Both the position numbers and the translations under genes were made by a program. Shown here one piece after another: positions 11,297-21,479 of a stretch of 64,000 bases of DNA. Source of the DNA: Bacteroidales bacterium (GTDB lineage Bacteria; Bacteroidota; Bacteroidia; Bacteroidales; UBA7960); NCBI GenBank assembly GCA_003559735.1, contig PWKN01000117.1, positions 20,663 through 84,662 on the forward strand. Direction: 5' to 3'. The notes beneath the pieces were generated by a model. That model had not been told where the DNA came from. It made no database searches and was given only the letters and a program-made list of their open reading frames with translations. Each line of letters begins with the position of its first letter. Position 1 is the first letter of the stretch.

Positions 11297-12124
11297 TTAT
11301 TGCTCCAATATCGACTCGCTTACCATTACCTCATCATAAAATTGGTTGTACGCATCAATATAGGTATCCTTGTCCTTATATTCCAACAACGGTTTTCCAC
11401 TGTTTCTGCTATATTTTTCGAGCTCAGCATCGATCTTTTCATCACCAAAAATGATGCCATCGGCATAATCAACAGCTACTTTGCTGATATTGACAAAAGT
11501 GGGGTCGGCATATTTTTCAAACACTTCATTCTTAACCCCTTTTGTCTTCATTTTTTTTGACATGTCCTCGTGGAGGGGGCCGGGAAACGCATCACCATAT
11601 ATGGAATAGATCACCTTCGTGTCAGAAAACATGGGGTTTTCCCTGAACACCTCTTTCAGGAAAAAGGGCATCAGGCTTGTAAACCAACCGTTACAATGTA
11701 CCAGATCGGGGGCCCACCCAAGTTTTTTCACCGTTTCAATCACTCCACGGGCAAAAAATATGGCCCGTTCATCATTGTCCTCAAAATAAGCTCCTGATTT
11801 GTTGGTAAGGGTAAACTTGCGCTGAAAGAAATCTTCGTTGTCAATAAAATAGATCTGCATCCTTGCAGACTGTATGGATGCTACTTTGATTATCAATGGG
11901 TGGTCTGTGTTGTTGATCACCAGATTCATCCCTGACAGACGAATAACTTCATGGAGCTGATTGCGGCGCTCGTTGATACATCCATAACGTGGCATGAAGG
12001 TGCGGATCTCCTTTTTCCTTTCCTGGATCCCCTGGGGGAGATGGCGGCCAATATGGCCCATATGGGATTCTTTCAAATAAGGGGTTATTTCCTGCTGTAC
12101 AAAAAGAACTTTGGGCTTTTCCAT
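11297..12124 (-). CDS. Short glycogen/starch synthase-like protein (GlgA N-terminal domain type)
   Basis: 275 aa. The N-terminal KVLFVQQEITPYL resembles the GlgA start. It is divergent from panC. Confidence 0.65.
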   Translation of the reverse strand: MEKPKVLFVQQEITPYLKESHMGHIGRHLPQGIQERKKEIRTFMPRYGCINERRNQLHEVIRLSGMNLVINNTDHPLIIKVASIQSARMQIYFIDNEDFFQRKFTLTNKSGAYFEDNDERAIFFARGVIETVKKLGWAPDLVHCNGWFTSLMPFFLKEVFRENPMFSDTKVIYSIYGDAFPGPLHEDMSKKMKTKGVKNEVFEKYADPTFVNISKVAVDYADGIIFGDEKIDAELEKYSRNSGKPLLEYKDKDTYIDAYNQFYDEVMVSESILEQ

Positions 12125-12203
12125 TATTTATAATATGATTAAATTGCGGTAAAAATTTGTTGCAAAATTACAGTTTTTTTTGCTATTATTCAAATAATCA
12201 TTA

Positions 12204-12211
12204 TAGCTTTG
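12204..12211 (+). promoter_or_regulatory. Candidate Bacteroidota -7 promoter box (TAGCTTTG) for panC
   Basis: Exact TAnnTTTG match 42 nt upstream of the panC ATG at 12253. Confidence 0.35.
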
Positions 12212-12252
12212 CGGATTTGTTTTTTGGGCAATGGACAGATTGCCGTTTACAT

Positions 12253-13098
12253 ATGCGTATATTCAAAGAAAGAAAATTGCTGACACAGTGGCTCCGGGGT
12301 GAAAGATCCGCCGGAAAAACCATTGGTTTTGTTCCAACCATGGGTGCCCTGCATGCAGGTCACCTTGCACTGGTGCACCGCGCCAGAAGAGAAAATGACC
12401 TGGGTGTCTGCAGCATATTCGTTAACCCCATCCAGTTTGACAAGGCCGATGATCTGGCCACATATCCCCGCATGCCCGCCAAAGACCTGGCGCTTCTTGA
12501 ATCGGCTGAATGTGATGCCGTATTTTGTCCGGATACCGAAGAGATGTACCCGGAAAAGGTACAAAAGAAGTTTGATTTTGGCCACCTCGACAAGGTGATG
12601 GAAGGGAAACACCGCAAAGGGCATTTTAACGGTGTGGCCATTGTTGTGGATAAACTGTTCAACATCGTTACTCCCCACCGGGCCTATTTTGGAGAAAAGG
12701 ATTTCCAGCAGCTGCAAATTATCCGGACCATGGTAAAAATGGAAGGGCATCAAACGGCAGTTGTGGGCTGTCCCACTGTGAGGGAGTCTGACGGACTGGC
12801 AATGAGCAGTCGCAATGCGCGCCTGACCAGTGAGCAAAGAAAGGAGGCGCCACGTATATACAAAGCACTGCTGAAAGCAAAACAACTATTTCCTGCACAA
12901 TCTGCAGAAGCCACGCAGTTGCAGGTGATCTCAGACATCAACGCTTCCCCTTTACTGGAAGTTGAATACTGTGAAATTGTATGTCCAGATACCCTTCTGC
13001 CCATTAAACAATTCCGCAATGGCAAGGTTGCAGTATGCTGTGTCGCTGTCTATGCGGGCACCGTCAGACTTATTGACAATCTGGCCATTAATTCGTAA
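12253..13098 (+). CDS. panC: Pantoate--beta-alanine ligase
   Basis: [17 protein letters not shown] motif. I moved the start to the internal ATG at 12253 because the first 32 codons of ORF 12157 are low-complexity non-homologous sequence. Confidence 0.93.
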   Translation: MRIFKERKLLTQWLRGERSAGKTIGFVPTMGALHAGHLALVHRARRENDLGVCSIFVNPIQFDKADDLATYPRMPAKDLALLESAECDAVFCPDTEEMYPEKVQKKFDFGHLDKVMEGKHRKGHFNGVAIVVDKLFNIVTPHRAYFGEKDFQQLQIIRTMVKMEGHQTAVVGCPTVRESDGLAMSSRNARLTSEQRKEAPRIYKALLKAKQLFPAQSAEATQLQVISDINASPLLEVEYCEIVCPDTLLPIKQFRNGKVAVCCVAVYAGTVRLIDNLAINS

Positions 13099-13205
13099 TT
13101 TTGTCCAGGTTTTATTCAAACAAACAGGCATCATACAGCAAAAACCTGCCCATACCGGGGTTTCATACAACAGATCCTGGCGGCAACAATAAACTGAAAC
13201 GCACC

Positions 13206-13550
13206 ATGTTACTGGAAATGTTAAAGTCCAAAATTCACAGAGCCGTTGTTACAGGGGCAGAGCTGAATTATATTGGCAGCATCACCATTGACCAGGATCT
13301 GATGGATGCATCTGGCATTTTGGAGAATGAAAAGGTGCAGGTGGTCAACGTAAACAATGGCGAACGCCTGGAGACTTATGTCATTAAGGGGGAAAGGGGC
13401 AGTGGGGAGATCTGCATGAACGGACCGGCTGCACGAAAGGTACAACCCGGCGACGTGATCATTATTATTGCATACATGCATATTGAAGCGGAAAAGGCCG
13501 GAAGCTTTGTGCCGAAAATCATTTTCCCCGACGGGAACAACAAAATCTGA
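13206..13550 (+). CDS. panD: Aspartate 1-decarboxylase
   Basis: [25 protein letters not shown] contains the Gly-Ser self-processing site. The start is taken at ATG 13206 inside ORF 13101. Confidence 0.93.
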   Translation: MLLEMLKSKIHRAVVTGAELNYIGSITIDQDLMDASGILENEKVQVVNVNNGERLETYVIKGERGSGEICMNGPAARKVQPGDVIIIIAYMHIEAEKAGSFVPKIIFPDGNNKI

Positions 13551-13561
13551 TCTAAAATATT

Positions 13562-14602
13562 TTGAAACCATATATCAGGAGGTATGCCAGGATATCGATA
13601 TCTCTCTTGCTTGGGTTCCTGCTTTTATGGCTGATCACCCGCGGACAGGATATCGAACAGATCATGGGGGAATTTCGCCAGGCACGATACGGGTGGGTCT
13701 TCCTGGCAATGGGATGTGCCATACTCAGCCACTTTGTAAGGGCCTTGCGATGGAACATGCTCATTGGCTCGATGGGCTACCAGACCAAAACCCTCCAGAC
13801 CTTTTATGCGGTAATGACAGGGTACCTCGCCAACCTGGCCATCCCCCGCATGGGCGAAATAACCCGCTGCATTACCCTTGGCAAGGCATCAAAAACTCCA
13901 TTCAGCGTTTTGGCAGGCACCGTACTGGCCGAACGGGTGTTCGACCTCTTAAGCATCATGGCCATTCTCTTTTTTACCATCGTTTTGCAGTTTGGCTTTC
14001 TCAGGAGCTTCCTTCGAAGGGTGTTCCTTGTCCCGCTGATCGAAAAAAGCAGTGCGCACTGGCTCCCGTTTATGATCGTGGCGCTGGCTCTCTTGTTTAT
14101 GGGGGGCGCATTGTTCTTTTATCTGAGGAAAAAAGCCAGGAGGTCTTCAGAAGGCGAATTTTTTTACAAGATGAAAAGGCAATACCGGGGTTTCCTCAAT
14201 GGATTTAAAACGATCATGACCATGCGCGGCAAGGGTTGGTTTGCCGCATACACGTTTGTTATCTGGGGGTTGTACTATATGACGGTATATTTATGCTTTT
14301 TTGCCATCGGCGCAACCGCCCATCTGGGACTGCTTTCCGCACTCACATTACTTGCCGTGGGGAGCCTGGGCATACTGGCACCTGTGCCTGGCGGGATCGG
14401 CACCTATCATTTCCTGACCATCATTACCCTCACTGAGCTTTACGGTATCTCATCCGAGCCTGCAACATCATATGCATACATTACCCATGCCACGCAAATC
14501 GTTGTGAACATCGTGGCCGGTACGGCATCCTGGTTTATATTGTCAATGAAGAAAAAAAGACCGGAAGGGAAAAGCGCGGGAGAGCCGGCCGGTACCCGGT
14601 AA
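13562..14602 (+). CDS. Flippase-like / lysylphosphatidylglycerol-synthase TM-region family membrane protein (UPF0104)
   Basis: 346 aa with about 8 predicted TM segments. The assignment rests on general resemblance only. Confidence 0.55.
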   Translation: MKPYIRRYARISISLLLGFLLLWLITRGQDIEQIMGEFRQARYGWVFLAMGCAILSHFVRALRWNMLIGSMGYQTKTLQTFYAVMTGYLANLAIPRMGEITRCITLGKASKTPFSVLAGTVLAERVFDLLSIMAILFFTIVLQFGFLRSFLRRVFLVPLIEKSSAHWLPFMIVALALLFMGGALFFYLRKKARRSSEGEFFYKMKRQYRGFLNGFKTIMTMRGKGWFAAYTFVIWGLYYMTVYLCFFAIGATAHLGLLSALTLLAVGSLGILAPVPGGIGTYHFLTIITLTELYGISSEPATSYAYITHATQIVVNIVAGTASWFILSMKKKRPEGKSAGEPAGTR

Positions 14603-14660
14603 ACTTGTGAAACCATGCCCATAGCGGGGTGTACCGTTACCAACCAGACAAGAAAAAGAC

Positions 14661-15191
14661 ATGACACACAGCAAACACCGCCACCTGGAAACAAAGATCT
14701 TTGCACCTGACAACCGCCAGGGGCTGAGGCGTATGATCAGGTATCACCAGTTTTTTGACCGGTCCATTGTTTTTACCAATGGGTGCTTCGACGTTCTTCA
14801 CGCCGGGCATGTCGATTTGCTCTCACATGCCGCAGATCTGGGTGATGTGCTGATCGTCGGACTGAACAGTGATGACTCTGTTAGAAGGCTAAAGGGCAGT
14901 CTGAGACCGCTGAATGACCAACACGCCCGGGCAACGATGCTTGCCGCACTGTCTTTTGTGCATGTCATTGCCTTGTTCGAAGATGACACCCCCGAAAACC
15001 TTATCCGGACAATTGTTCCGGATGTGCTGGTGAAAGGGGGAGATTACCGGTCCGACAACATCGTTGGTGCCGGGTTCGTCAGGCAGAATGGCGGACGGGT
15101 GGTTACGCTGCCTTTGCTCCAGGGGTATTCTACGACCGACCTGGTAAACAAAATAACAAACACCAGGAATACAGACGGTTTAAAAGAATGA
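14661..15191 (+). CDS. rfaE2: D-glycero-beta-D-manno-heptose 1-phosphate adenylyltransferase-like cytidylyltransferase (RfaE domain II type)
   Basis: 176 aa with the nucleotidyltransferase signature FTNGCFDVLHAGH. Confidence 0.85.
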   Translation: MTHSKHRHLETKIFAPDNRQGLRRMIRYHQFFDRSIVFTNGCFDVLHAGHVDLLSHAADLGDVLIVGLNSDDSVRRLKGSLRPLNDQHARATMLAALSFVHVIALFEDDTPENLIRTIVPDVLVKGGDYRSDNIVGAGFVRQNGGRVVTLPLLQGYSTTDLVNKITNTRNTDGLKE

Positions 15192-15272
15192 CATGGACGG
15201 GGCGGGACGCATTGCATAAGGCATGTGCAGGAAGCTGAAAAGTTAAGAAGAATGACATGGGGCGGGGCGGAC
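15184..15272 (+). repeat. Imperfect about 25-nt direct repeat duplicating the rfaE2 3' end/stop region
   Basis: AAGAATGACATGGACGGGGCGGGAC (15184-15208, spanning the TGA stop at 15189-15191) and AAGAATGACATGGGGCGGGGCGGAC (15248-15272). The offset is 64 nt. Confidence 0.7.
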
Positions 15273-15400
15273 TGTTTTATAAAAAAATAACACATAAAGC
15301 GGTTATTTATCCCTAATTTTGTAAGTGGTGCATGCAAACACCAAATAATGGCATACTTTTCGCCGCATAGAAACAATTATCCTGCATAGAACAAATAATT

Positions 15401-17059
15401 ATGAGCAAGCAACAAAAAAAACATATTTCACCGCGTGTCTATATGCCAATTTTACTGGCCCTGGTCTTGACGGCGGGCTTTTACCTGGGTTTGCATTTAA
15501 GGATGCCGGGTAAAGCTCCTTCAGAAAGAAGTTTTTTTTCGATCGGATTAGACAGGTACGACAAGATCAACGATGTGATCAACTACATTCATGATGCTTA
15601 TGTTGATAGCGTGTCGAGAGAGCATCTGACCGAGGAAAGCATTCGCAACCTGTTAAAAAACCTTGATCCCCACTCTTCCTACATTCCTGCCTCCGAATTC
15701 CGCCGGTTAAACGACCCGCTGATGGGTAGCTTTGAAGGAATTGGCATTGAGTTCAACATGATAAAAGACACCGTGGTCGTGGTACACCCCATTCCCGGCG
15801 GTCCGAGTGAAGGGGCCGGAATCATGCCTGGCGACAGGATCATTAAAGTGGAAGATTCGGTCATTGCAGGCGTCAACATGTCAACCGCCGATGTGGTGGA
15901 TATGCTGATGGGGAAAAAGGGCACTGTGGTGAATGTCTCCGTTTTGCGCAGTGGCGTCCCTGAAGTCCTTGCGTTCTCACTGACCAGAGACAAGATCCCG
16001 TCTTACAGTCTCGATATTTCCTATATGGTTGATGAGGCCATAGGCTACCTGCGCTTGAATAAATTTTCGGCCACCACGCACCAGGAGTTTGTAAATGGGT
16101 TACAACAGTTGCAGAATGAGGGCATGGAGCAGCTGATCCTGGATCTGCGTGGCAATGGCGGGGGATTCCTCGATGCAGCAATTCATGTGGCAGATGAGTT
16201 GCTCGAGCCCGGAAAGCTCATCGTATATACCGACGGCCGCCGACGGCCGCGGACATATGCGAGGGCACAGCGCGACGGACTGTTTCAGTCGCAGCAACTG
16301 GTAGTACTTATTGATGAATGGTCGGCTTCTGCAAGTGAAATCATCGCCGGTGCGGTCCAGGATAACGACAGGGGTCTGGTAATTGGCAGAAGGTCTTTCG
16401 GGAAAGGACTTGTCCAGGAACAGATCCGGCTGGGCGACGGGTCAGCCATGCGACTTACCGTGGCAAGGTATTACACCCCCACCGGCAGAAGCATACAAAC
16501 ACCTTATGATGATGGAGAAGAAGCCTATGTTGACCGTTTCATCCAGCGCTACCACAATGGAGAAATGATCAGTCCCGACAGCATCCCATTTGATGACAGT
16601 CTGCGCTTTGAAACCCCTGCCGGCAGGATCGTTTATGGTGGAGGGGGGATCATGCCCGACATATTCGTCCCCCTTGGAAACAATGACAACACCATTTTTT
16701 TCAACCGTGCATTCAACAGGGGGCACATCTATACCTTTTCATTCGACTATGCAGACAGAAACAGGGGTACCCTTGAACACTTTGAAGATGCGCGTTCATT
16801 CATTGACGGCTTTGTGATCACGGAAGCAGTTTATGTACAATTCCTGGATTATCTCCGCGACCGCGGAATGTCTGTGCCTCAGCATGTTGACAGAAAAACA
16901 AAAAACCTGATCAAAACCAATCTGAAGGCCTACATTGGCAGGAACATCATAGGGGCAGAGGCGTTTTTTCCCGTTTTGCATACCGAAGACCCGGTTTTCG
17001 ATCAGGCGGTCAAAGCCCTGAAAGAGAACGGCCAGCTCCTAACCGGACAGCCAGGTTAG
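15401..17059 (+). CDS. S41-family C-terminal processing peptidase
   Basis: 552 aa. N-terminal TM segment, PDZ region (GGPSEGAGIMPGDRI), and S41 catalytic-Ser region DEWSASASEIIAGA. Confidence 0.9.
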   Translation: MSKQQKKHISPRVYMPILLALVLTAGFYLGLHLRMPGKAPSERSFFSIGLDRYDKINDVINYIHDAYVDSVSREHLTEESIRNLLKNLDPHSSYIPASEFRRLNDPLMGSFEGIGIEFNMIKDTVVVVHPIPGGPSEGAGIMPGDRIIKVEDSVIAGVNMSTADVVDMLMGKKGTVVNVSVLRSGVPEVLAFSLTRDKIPSYSLDISYMVDEAIGYLRLNKFSATTHQEFVNGLQQLQNEGMEQLILDLRGNGGGFLDAAIHVADELLEPGKLIVYTDGRRRPRTYARAQRDGLFQSQQLVVLIDEWSASASEIIAGAVQDNDRGLVIGRRSFGKGLVQEQIRLGDGSAMRLTVARYYTPTGRSIQTPYDDGEEAYVDRFIQRYHNGEMISPDSIPFDDSLRFETPAGRIVYGGGGIMPDIFVPLGNNDNTIFFNRAFNRGHIYTFSFDYADRNRGTLEHFEDARSFIDGFVITEAVYVQFLDYLRDRGMSVPQHVDRKTKNLIKTNLKAYIGRNIIGAEAFFPVLHTEDPVFDQAVKALKENGQLLTGQPG

Positions 17060-17162
17060 TTTCGCAGTACCCCGAATGACACATCATATCCCTGTAATCA
17101 GAGTCTGTCTCTGAAGTAAAGTGTCTGAACGATAATGTTCGGGTTCAGGGCTTGCGCAGAAA

Positions 17163-17257
17163 CCGGACCGGTTTTCTTCATGGCAACGATGCAATGGCCA
17201 TCACATTTTTATGCGTCTGCGTTACAGTCCGATCTCCGGACCGATTTTCTTCATGGC
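17163..17257 (-). repeat. 22-nt direct repeat (21/22 identical) duplicating the 3' end of the HD-domain gene
   Basis: Plus-strand CCGGACCGGTTTTCTTCATGGC (17163-17184) versus CCGGACCGATTTTCTTCATGGC (17236-17257). The second lies inside the CDS and encodes AMKKIGP. Confidence 0.75.
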
Positions 17258-17779
17258 TCCCAGTGAAATTTCCACAAACTCCTGGAGATCAAGTCCGATT
17301 TTCTCACATTCCCTGATGGTATCCCTGTTTACAGATGCAGCAAACGCTTTTTCTTTCATTCGCTTGGTGATGGACTTTGGTTTTACGCTGGTTACTTTTT
17401 TATCGGGATAGACCAGTGCAGTAGCAGTGATCAGTCCTGTTATGGTTTCACCCGCTGCAAGGGCGTGATGCAACTTTTTGCCACGTTGTTGTCCGTGTGC
17501 TGCCATTTCGTTGTGCAGCTTCACGGCCTCAACAATTTCGGGGTCCACACCCTTTACCTCCAGTATTCTTGCCCCCTCCAGGGCATGCGTATGGGGATCG
17601 GCATTGGTCAGCTCAACATCAATGTCATGCAACAACCCCGTCAGTCCCCAGGTGTCAGGATCCTCCCCAAGGCGCACAGCAAGGTCCCTCAACACAGCTT
17701 CTGAAGCCAGGCAATGAGCAATGAGTCTTTCATTCTTAACATAACTCTTCAACAGTTCAAAGGCATCTTCTCTGTTCAT
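17222..17779 (-). CDS. HD/HDIG-domain phosphohydrolase
   Basis: 185 aa with an HD motif (GLLHDID) and further conserved His residues. Confidence 0.75.
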   Translation of the reverse strand: MNREDAFELLKSYVKNERLIAHCLASEAVLRDLAVRLGEDPDTWGLTGLLHDIDVELTNADPHTHALEGARILEVKGVDPEIVEAVKLHNEMAAHGQQRGKKLHHALAAGETITGLITATALVYPDKKVTSVKPKSITKRMKEKAFAASVNRDTIRECEKIGLDLQEFVEISLGAMKKIGPEIGL

Positions 17780-17860
17780 CCGTTGTTTGATTTTTTAATG
17801 GTTGGCATAGTGAGATGCAAAGTTAAAAGAAAATCCAAATGACCGTTGCCCCATGTCATT

Positions 17861-18892
17861 TTACACTTCATCGATCAGTACCAGTTTTTTCCTGAGTTGA
17901 ACGGTTTCGTTAACCTTCATGATACACCTGCGTGCTTCGGCAAAACTCAGCGACTGCTGTCCGTCAGATATGGCCCGTTCGGGCACCTGATGAATCTCCA
18001 TCAGCAGTCCGTCGGCCCCGGCCATCACCGATGCCAATGCCATCGCCTCCACATAGGACCGGAGTCCGACTCCATGCGACGGGTCAGAAAAAACAGGCAG
18101 GTGGCTTTTCTCTTTCAGATAAGGGATGGCATTCAGGTCCATCGTATTGCGATATGCATTCTCGAATGTCCGTATACCCCGCTCACAAAGAATGATCTTT
18201 TCATTTCCGTTGGAAAACACATATTCGGCTGATGCAAGCAACTCTTCCAGGGTAGACGACATGCCCCGCTTCAAAAGAACCGGTTTGTCTACCCTGCCCA
18301 GTTCATCGAGCAGGTTGTAGTTTTGTGCATTGCGTGTCCCCACCTGGAAAATATCCACAAAATCATGCATTACATCTACCTGCGACACCTGCATCACCTC
18401 ACTGATCACATATATTCCGTTTTCCCTGCAGTGCCTGTATAACATCTTCAACCCCTCAATACCCAGTCCGCGAAAGGAATAGGGAGAGCTGCGCGGCTTG
18501 AACACCCCTCCACGCATCACCCTTACCCCTTCCGCTTTCAGGAACTTCACCATTTCTGCCACCTGTTCTTCATTTTCCACGGAACAGGGTCCCATGATCA
18601 TTGTAAAATCATTCCTGGAAATTGCCAAATCGCCGTTCAGGGGTATTCTGGTTGTCTCCACCTTCCACTGGCGGCTTACCAGCTTGCTGCTGTCCTTAAC
18701 CACGTGTACATCACGTATGCCGGGGAGGTTGCCAATATGCCGTATGTCAAATGGTGCAGATCCCACACAAACAATATACGCACCGTACTGGGTTTTTACA
18801 GTGGCCGGGGCATAGCCCAGGGTTTTTACCTCTTCAAGAATTCTGTTCTTGTTATTGGCCGAACAATCTTTTGTTGTTTGAATGATCATCAT
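17861..18892 (-). CDS. 3-deoxy-7-phosphoheptulosonate (DAHP) synthase, type I-beta, with N-terminal ferredoxin-like regulatory domain
   Basis: 343 aa. KPRSSPYSFRGLG and SDPSHG motifs, plus an N-terminal extra domain of about 75 aa. Its ATG overlaps the trpA stop by 1 nt (TGATG). Confidence 0.9.
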   Translation of the reverse strand: MMIIQTTKDCSANNKNRILEEVKTLGYAPATVKTQYGAYIVCVGSAPFDIRHIGNLPGIRDVHVVKDSSKLVSRQWKVETTRIPLNGDLAISRNDFTMIMGPCSVENEEQVAEMVKFLKAEGVRVMRGGVFKPRSSPYSFRGLGIEGLKMLYRHCRENGIYVISEVMQVSQVDVMHDFVDIFQVGTRNAQNYNLLDELGRVDKPVLLKRGMSSTLEELLASAEYVFSNGNEKIILCERGIRTFENAYRNTMDLNAIPYLKEKSHLPVFSDPSHGVGLRSYVEAMALASVMAGADGLLMEIHQVPERAISDGQQSLSFAEARRCIMKVNETVQLRKKLVLIDEV

Positions 18893-19680
18893 CAGATGGT
18901 TTTTTCTGGTTGTATCCCTAGTTGCTGAAATAATTTATCCAGTGCCTTATGCGGATCATCGTGCATCATTCGCAGCCTGATATATGCTGTGCCTGTAATT
19001 GCTCCACTGGTGTATTTCCAGGCCTGTCCCAGGCTGCTCTGGTCATTGATGCCAAAACCCGTTATCAGTGGTGTTTTAAGCTTCATTTGATACAATCGCC
19101 GAAGAAACACCGCTCTTTCTTCGATGGCTGTCCGGGTACCGGTAGTAGATGACGCACCCACAGCATAAATAAATGCAGTACTGACCGCATCAATTTCCCT
19201 TATGCGGCTTTCGGGCGTTGTAGGGGTTACCAGGAAGACAAAATGCAACCCGTACCGCTGCATCAACTCTTTAAGCAGGCTGTTGTACTCTGAAAAAGGG
19301 ACATCCGGCAATATCAGTCCGGCTACACCCGCCTGCCTGGCATCCCGACAAAACTGTTCAGGTCCGTATTGCAAGACGGGATTCAGGTAGCCCATCAGCA
19401 AAACAGGCAGCGGGAGTGTTCCGTTGAATTGCTTTAATTGTTCAAACAGCCGCTTCAGCCCCATTCCGTTTGCAAGCGCCTGTGTGCTGGCCTGCTGGAT
19501 AACCGGACCATCGGCCAGCGGGTCGGAAAAGGGCATGCCAAGCTCAACAAAGTCTACCCCTTTATCTGCCATCGCTTGCATATCTGAAATGGTATCCTCC
19601 AGCTTTGGGAACCCGGCAGTATAATACACTGACAGGATTTTCCCGGAGGTCCTTTGTACTGTTTTTAATAGTGAATTCAT
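18892..19680 (-). CDS. trpA: Tryptophan synthase alpha chain
   Basis: 262 aa with ELGMPFSDPLADGPVIQ. Confidence 0.95.
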   Translation of the reverse strand: MNSLLKTVQRTSGKILSVYYTAGFPKLEDTISDMQAMADKGVDFVELGMPFSDPLADGPVIQQASTQALANGMGLKRLFEQLKQFNGTLPLPVLLMGYLNPVLQYGPEQFCRDARQAGVAGLILPDVPFSEYNSLLKELMQRYGLHFVFLVTPTTPESRIREIDAVSTAFIYAVGASSTTGTRTAIEERAVFLRRLYQMKLKTPLITGFGINDQSSLGQAWKYTSGAITGTAYIRLRMMHDDPHKALDKLFQQLGIQPEKTI

Positions 19681-20861
19681 AACCGGTCAGCATATTTTTG
19701 ATAGGTGTCCATATCTTTATCTCCCCTGCCAGAAAGGCATATAACCAAAACCTGCTGCTTGTCCGGCCTGATCTTTTCCAATATTGCCAGGGCGTGAGCT
19801 GATTCCAGTGCAGGGATGATCCCTTCCAGACGGGTAAGTCGCAGAGCTGCCTGTAACGCCTCCTTATCGGTAACGGCCATATAGTCAGCCTTCCCTGACT
19901 GGCTCAGCCACGCATGAAGGGGGCCAATCCCAGGATAATCGAGTCCGGCGGAAACAGAGTGTGCCTCACTGATCTGTCCGTCGTCATCCTGCATGATCAG
20001 TGTCCGCGTCCCGTGCAGCACTCCTTCGCTGCCCAATGTAATGGTGGCTGCCGTTTCACCGCTTTGTACACCTTTTCCGGCAGCTTCAGCACCAATGAGC
20101 CGGGTAACGCCATTGCCGATAAAATGGAAAAAAGCGCCGGCTGCATTGCTGCCCCCACCCACACACGCCACCACATAGTCGGGCACTTCTTTGTTTTCCT
20201 TTTCCTGCAGTTGTGTGGTGATCTCCCTGCTGATCACCGACTGCAGGCTTGCCACCAGGTCGGGATAGGGATGTGGCCCGATGGTTGAACCGATCAGGTA
20301 ATAGGTGTTCAGGGGGTGGTTTATCCAGTAACGGATCGCTTCATTGGTGGCATCCTTGAGTGTCTGGCTGCCCGAGGTTACTTCCTGCACCTCCGCTCCC
20401 AGCATCCGCATACGCAGCACGTTCAACTGCTGCCGTTCCATATCCTTCTTTCCCATAAACACTGTACAGGGCAAGCGGAGCAATGCACATACGGTGGCAG
20501 TGGCCACCCCATGCTGTCCGGCACCCGTTTCGGCCACTATATGCTCCTTCCCCATCCGCCTGGCCAGCAGTGCCTGGCCAACAACATTGTTGAGTTTATG
20601 GGCTCCGGTATGGCACAAATCTTCACGTTTCAGGTATATCCGTGTGCCGTAGTGTTCAGAGAGGTTGCCGGCAAAAAACAATGGAGTGGGACGTCCCACA
20701 TAGTCCTTCAGTAAATGCCGGAATTCCTCCTGGAACCCCTTGCTGGCAATAATGCTCCTGTATGACCCTTCCAGTTCTGATACGTTGGCCTGCAGCAACT
20801 CCGGAATCCACGCCCCTCCAAAGGCCCCGTAGTAGCCACGATCATCGGGATGTATGTTCAT
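19677..20861 (-). CDS. trpB: Tryptophan synthase beta chain
   Basis: 394 aa with the PLP-Lys motif HTGAHKLNN. It has ATGA overlaps with both trpF and trpA. Confidence 0.97.
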   Translation of the reverse strand: MNIHPDDRGYYGAFGGAWIPELLQANVSELEGSYRSIIASKGFQEEFRHLLKDYVGRPTPLFFAGNLSEHYGTRIYLKREDLCHTGAHKLNNVVGQALLARRMGKEHIVAETGAGQHGVATATVCALLRLPCTVFMGKKDMERQQLNVLRMRMLGAEVQEVTSGSQTLKDATNEAIRYWINHPLNTYYLIGSTIGPHPYPDLVASLQSVISREITTQLQEKENKEVPDYVVACVGGGSNAAGAFFHFIGNGVTRLIGAEAAGKGVQSGETAATITLGSEGVLHGTRTLIMQDDDGQISEAHSVSAGLDYPGIGPLHAWLSQSGKADYMAVTDKEALQAALRLTRLEGIIPALESAHALAILEKIRPDKQQVLVICLSGRGDKDMDTYQKYADRL

Positions 20862-21475
20862 GTTCTTAACTCCTCTATAAACCGTTGTAAAAGTTGAATG
20901 TTTTTGTAGCCAGGGTGGACTTCAAAACGGGAGTTCACATCTGCACCAGACAAATGCTTCAGCGGCATGTCCCTTATTTTTTCTGCATCTTCCGGTCCAA
21001 TGCCCCCGGCAATAAAAAATGGTGTCGGACCATTGTATGGATTCAGCAGCGAATGATCAAAAGAGATGCTGTTGCCGCCGGGTTTTTCACCGGCGGTGTC
21101 AAACAACAAATAATCGCATGCCCCACAGTAGTCCTCCAGCGAGCCGGGCAAGACACTTCCCACAGAGAATGTCTTTATGACCATGGCGTGTTTCCTGATC
21201 TCAAAACATTGCTCCGGACTTTCCTTGCCATGCAGTTGAATGGCGTCGAAGCCAAACTGCCTGACAAGGCGGATATTCCCTTCCGTCGACCTGTTTACGG
21301 TCAGCGCCACACTGATGACAGACGACGGAAGGTCCTTCAGCGGCAGATGATCCATCCGGCTGCTGACATCCCTTGGCGACGGACGGTAAAAGATAAACCC
21401 CATCATGTCTGGCAATAATTCTCCTACTGCCATCATGTTTTTCTGGTCGGTGATACCACAGACTTTGATTTGCAT
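20858..21475 (-). CDS. trpF: Phosphoribosylanthranilate isomerase
   Basis: MQIKVCGIT start. I chose ATG 21475, 4 nt after the trpC stop, instead of ORF start 21502. Confidence 0.9.
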   Translation of the reverse strand: MQIKVCGITDQKNMMAVGELLPDMMGFIFYRPSPRDVSSRMDHLPLKDLPSSVISVALTVNRSTEGNIRLVRQFGFDAIQLHGKESPEQCFEIRKHAMVIKTFSVGSVLPGSLEDYCGACDYLLFDTAGEKPGGNSISFDHSLLNPYNGPTPFFIAGGIGPEDAEKIRDMPLKHLSGADVNSRFEVHPGYKNIQLLQRFIEELRT

Positions 21476-21479
21476 GTGT

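Noticed and set aside
12157-12252. N-terminal extensions of track ORFs (also 13101, 20858..21502, 33780, 45140, 45366, 47708, 52733, 54792, 61350)
   Set aside because: The extensions overlap neighbouring genes or promoters and have non-homologous, low-complexity translations. Internal ATGs coincide with the start of homology.
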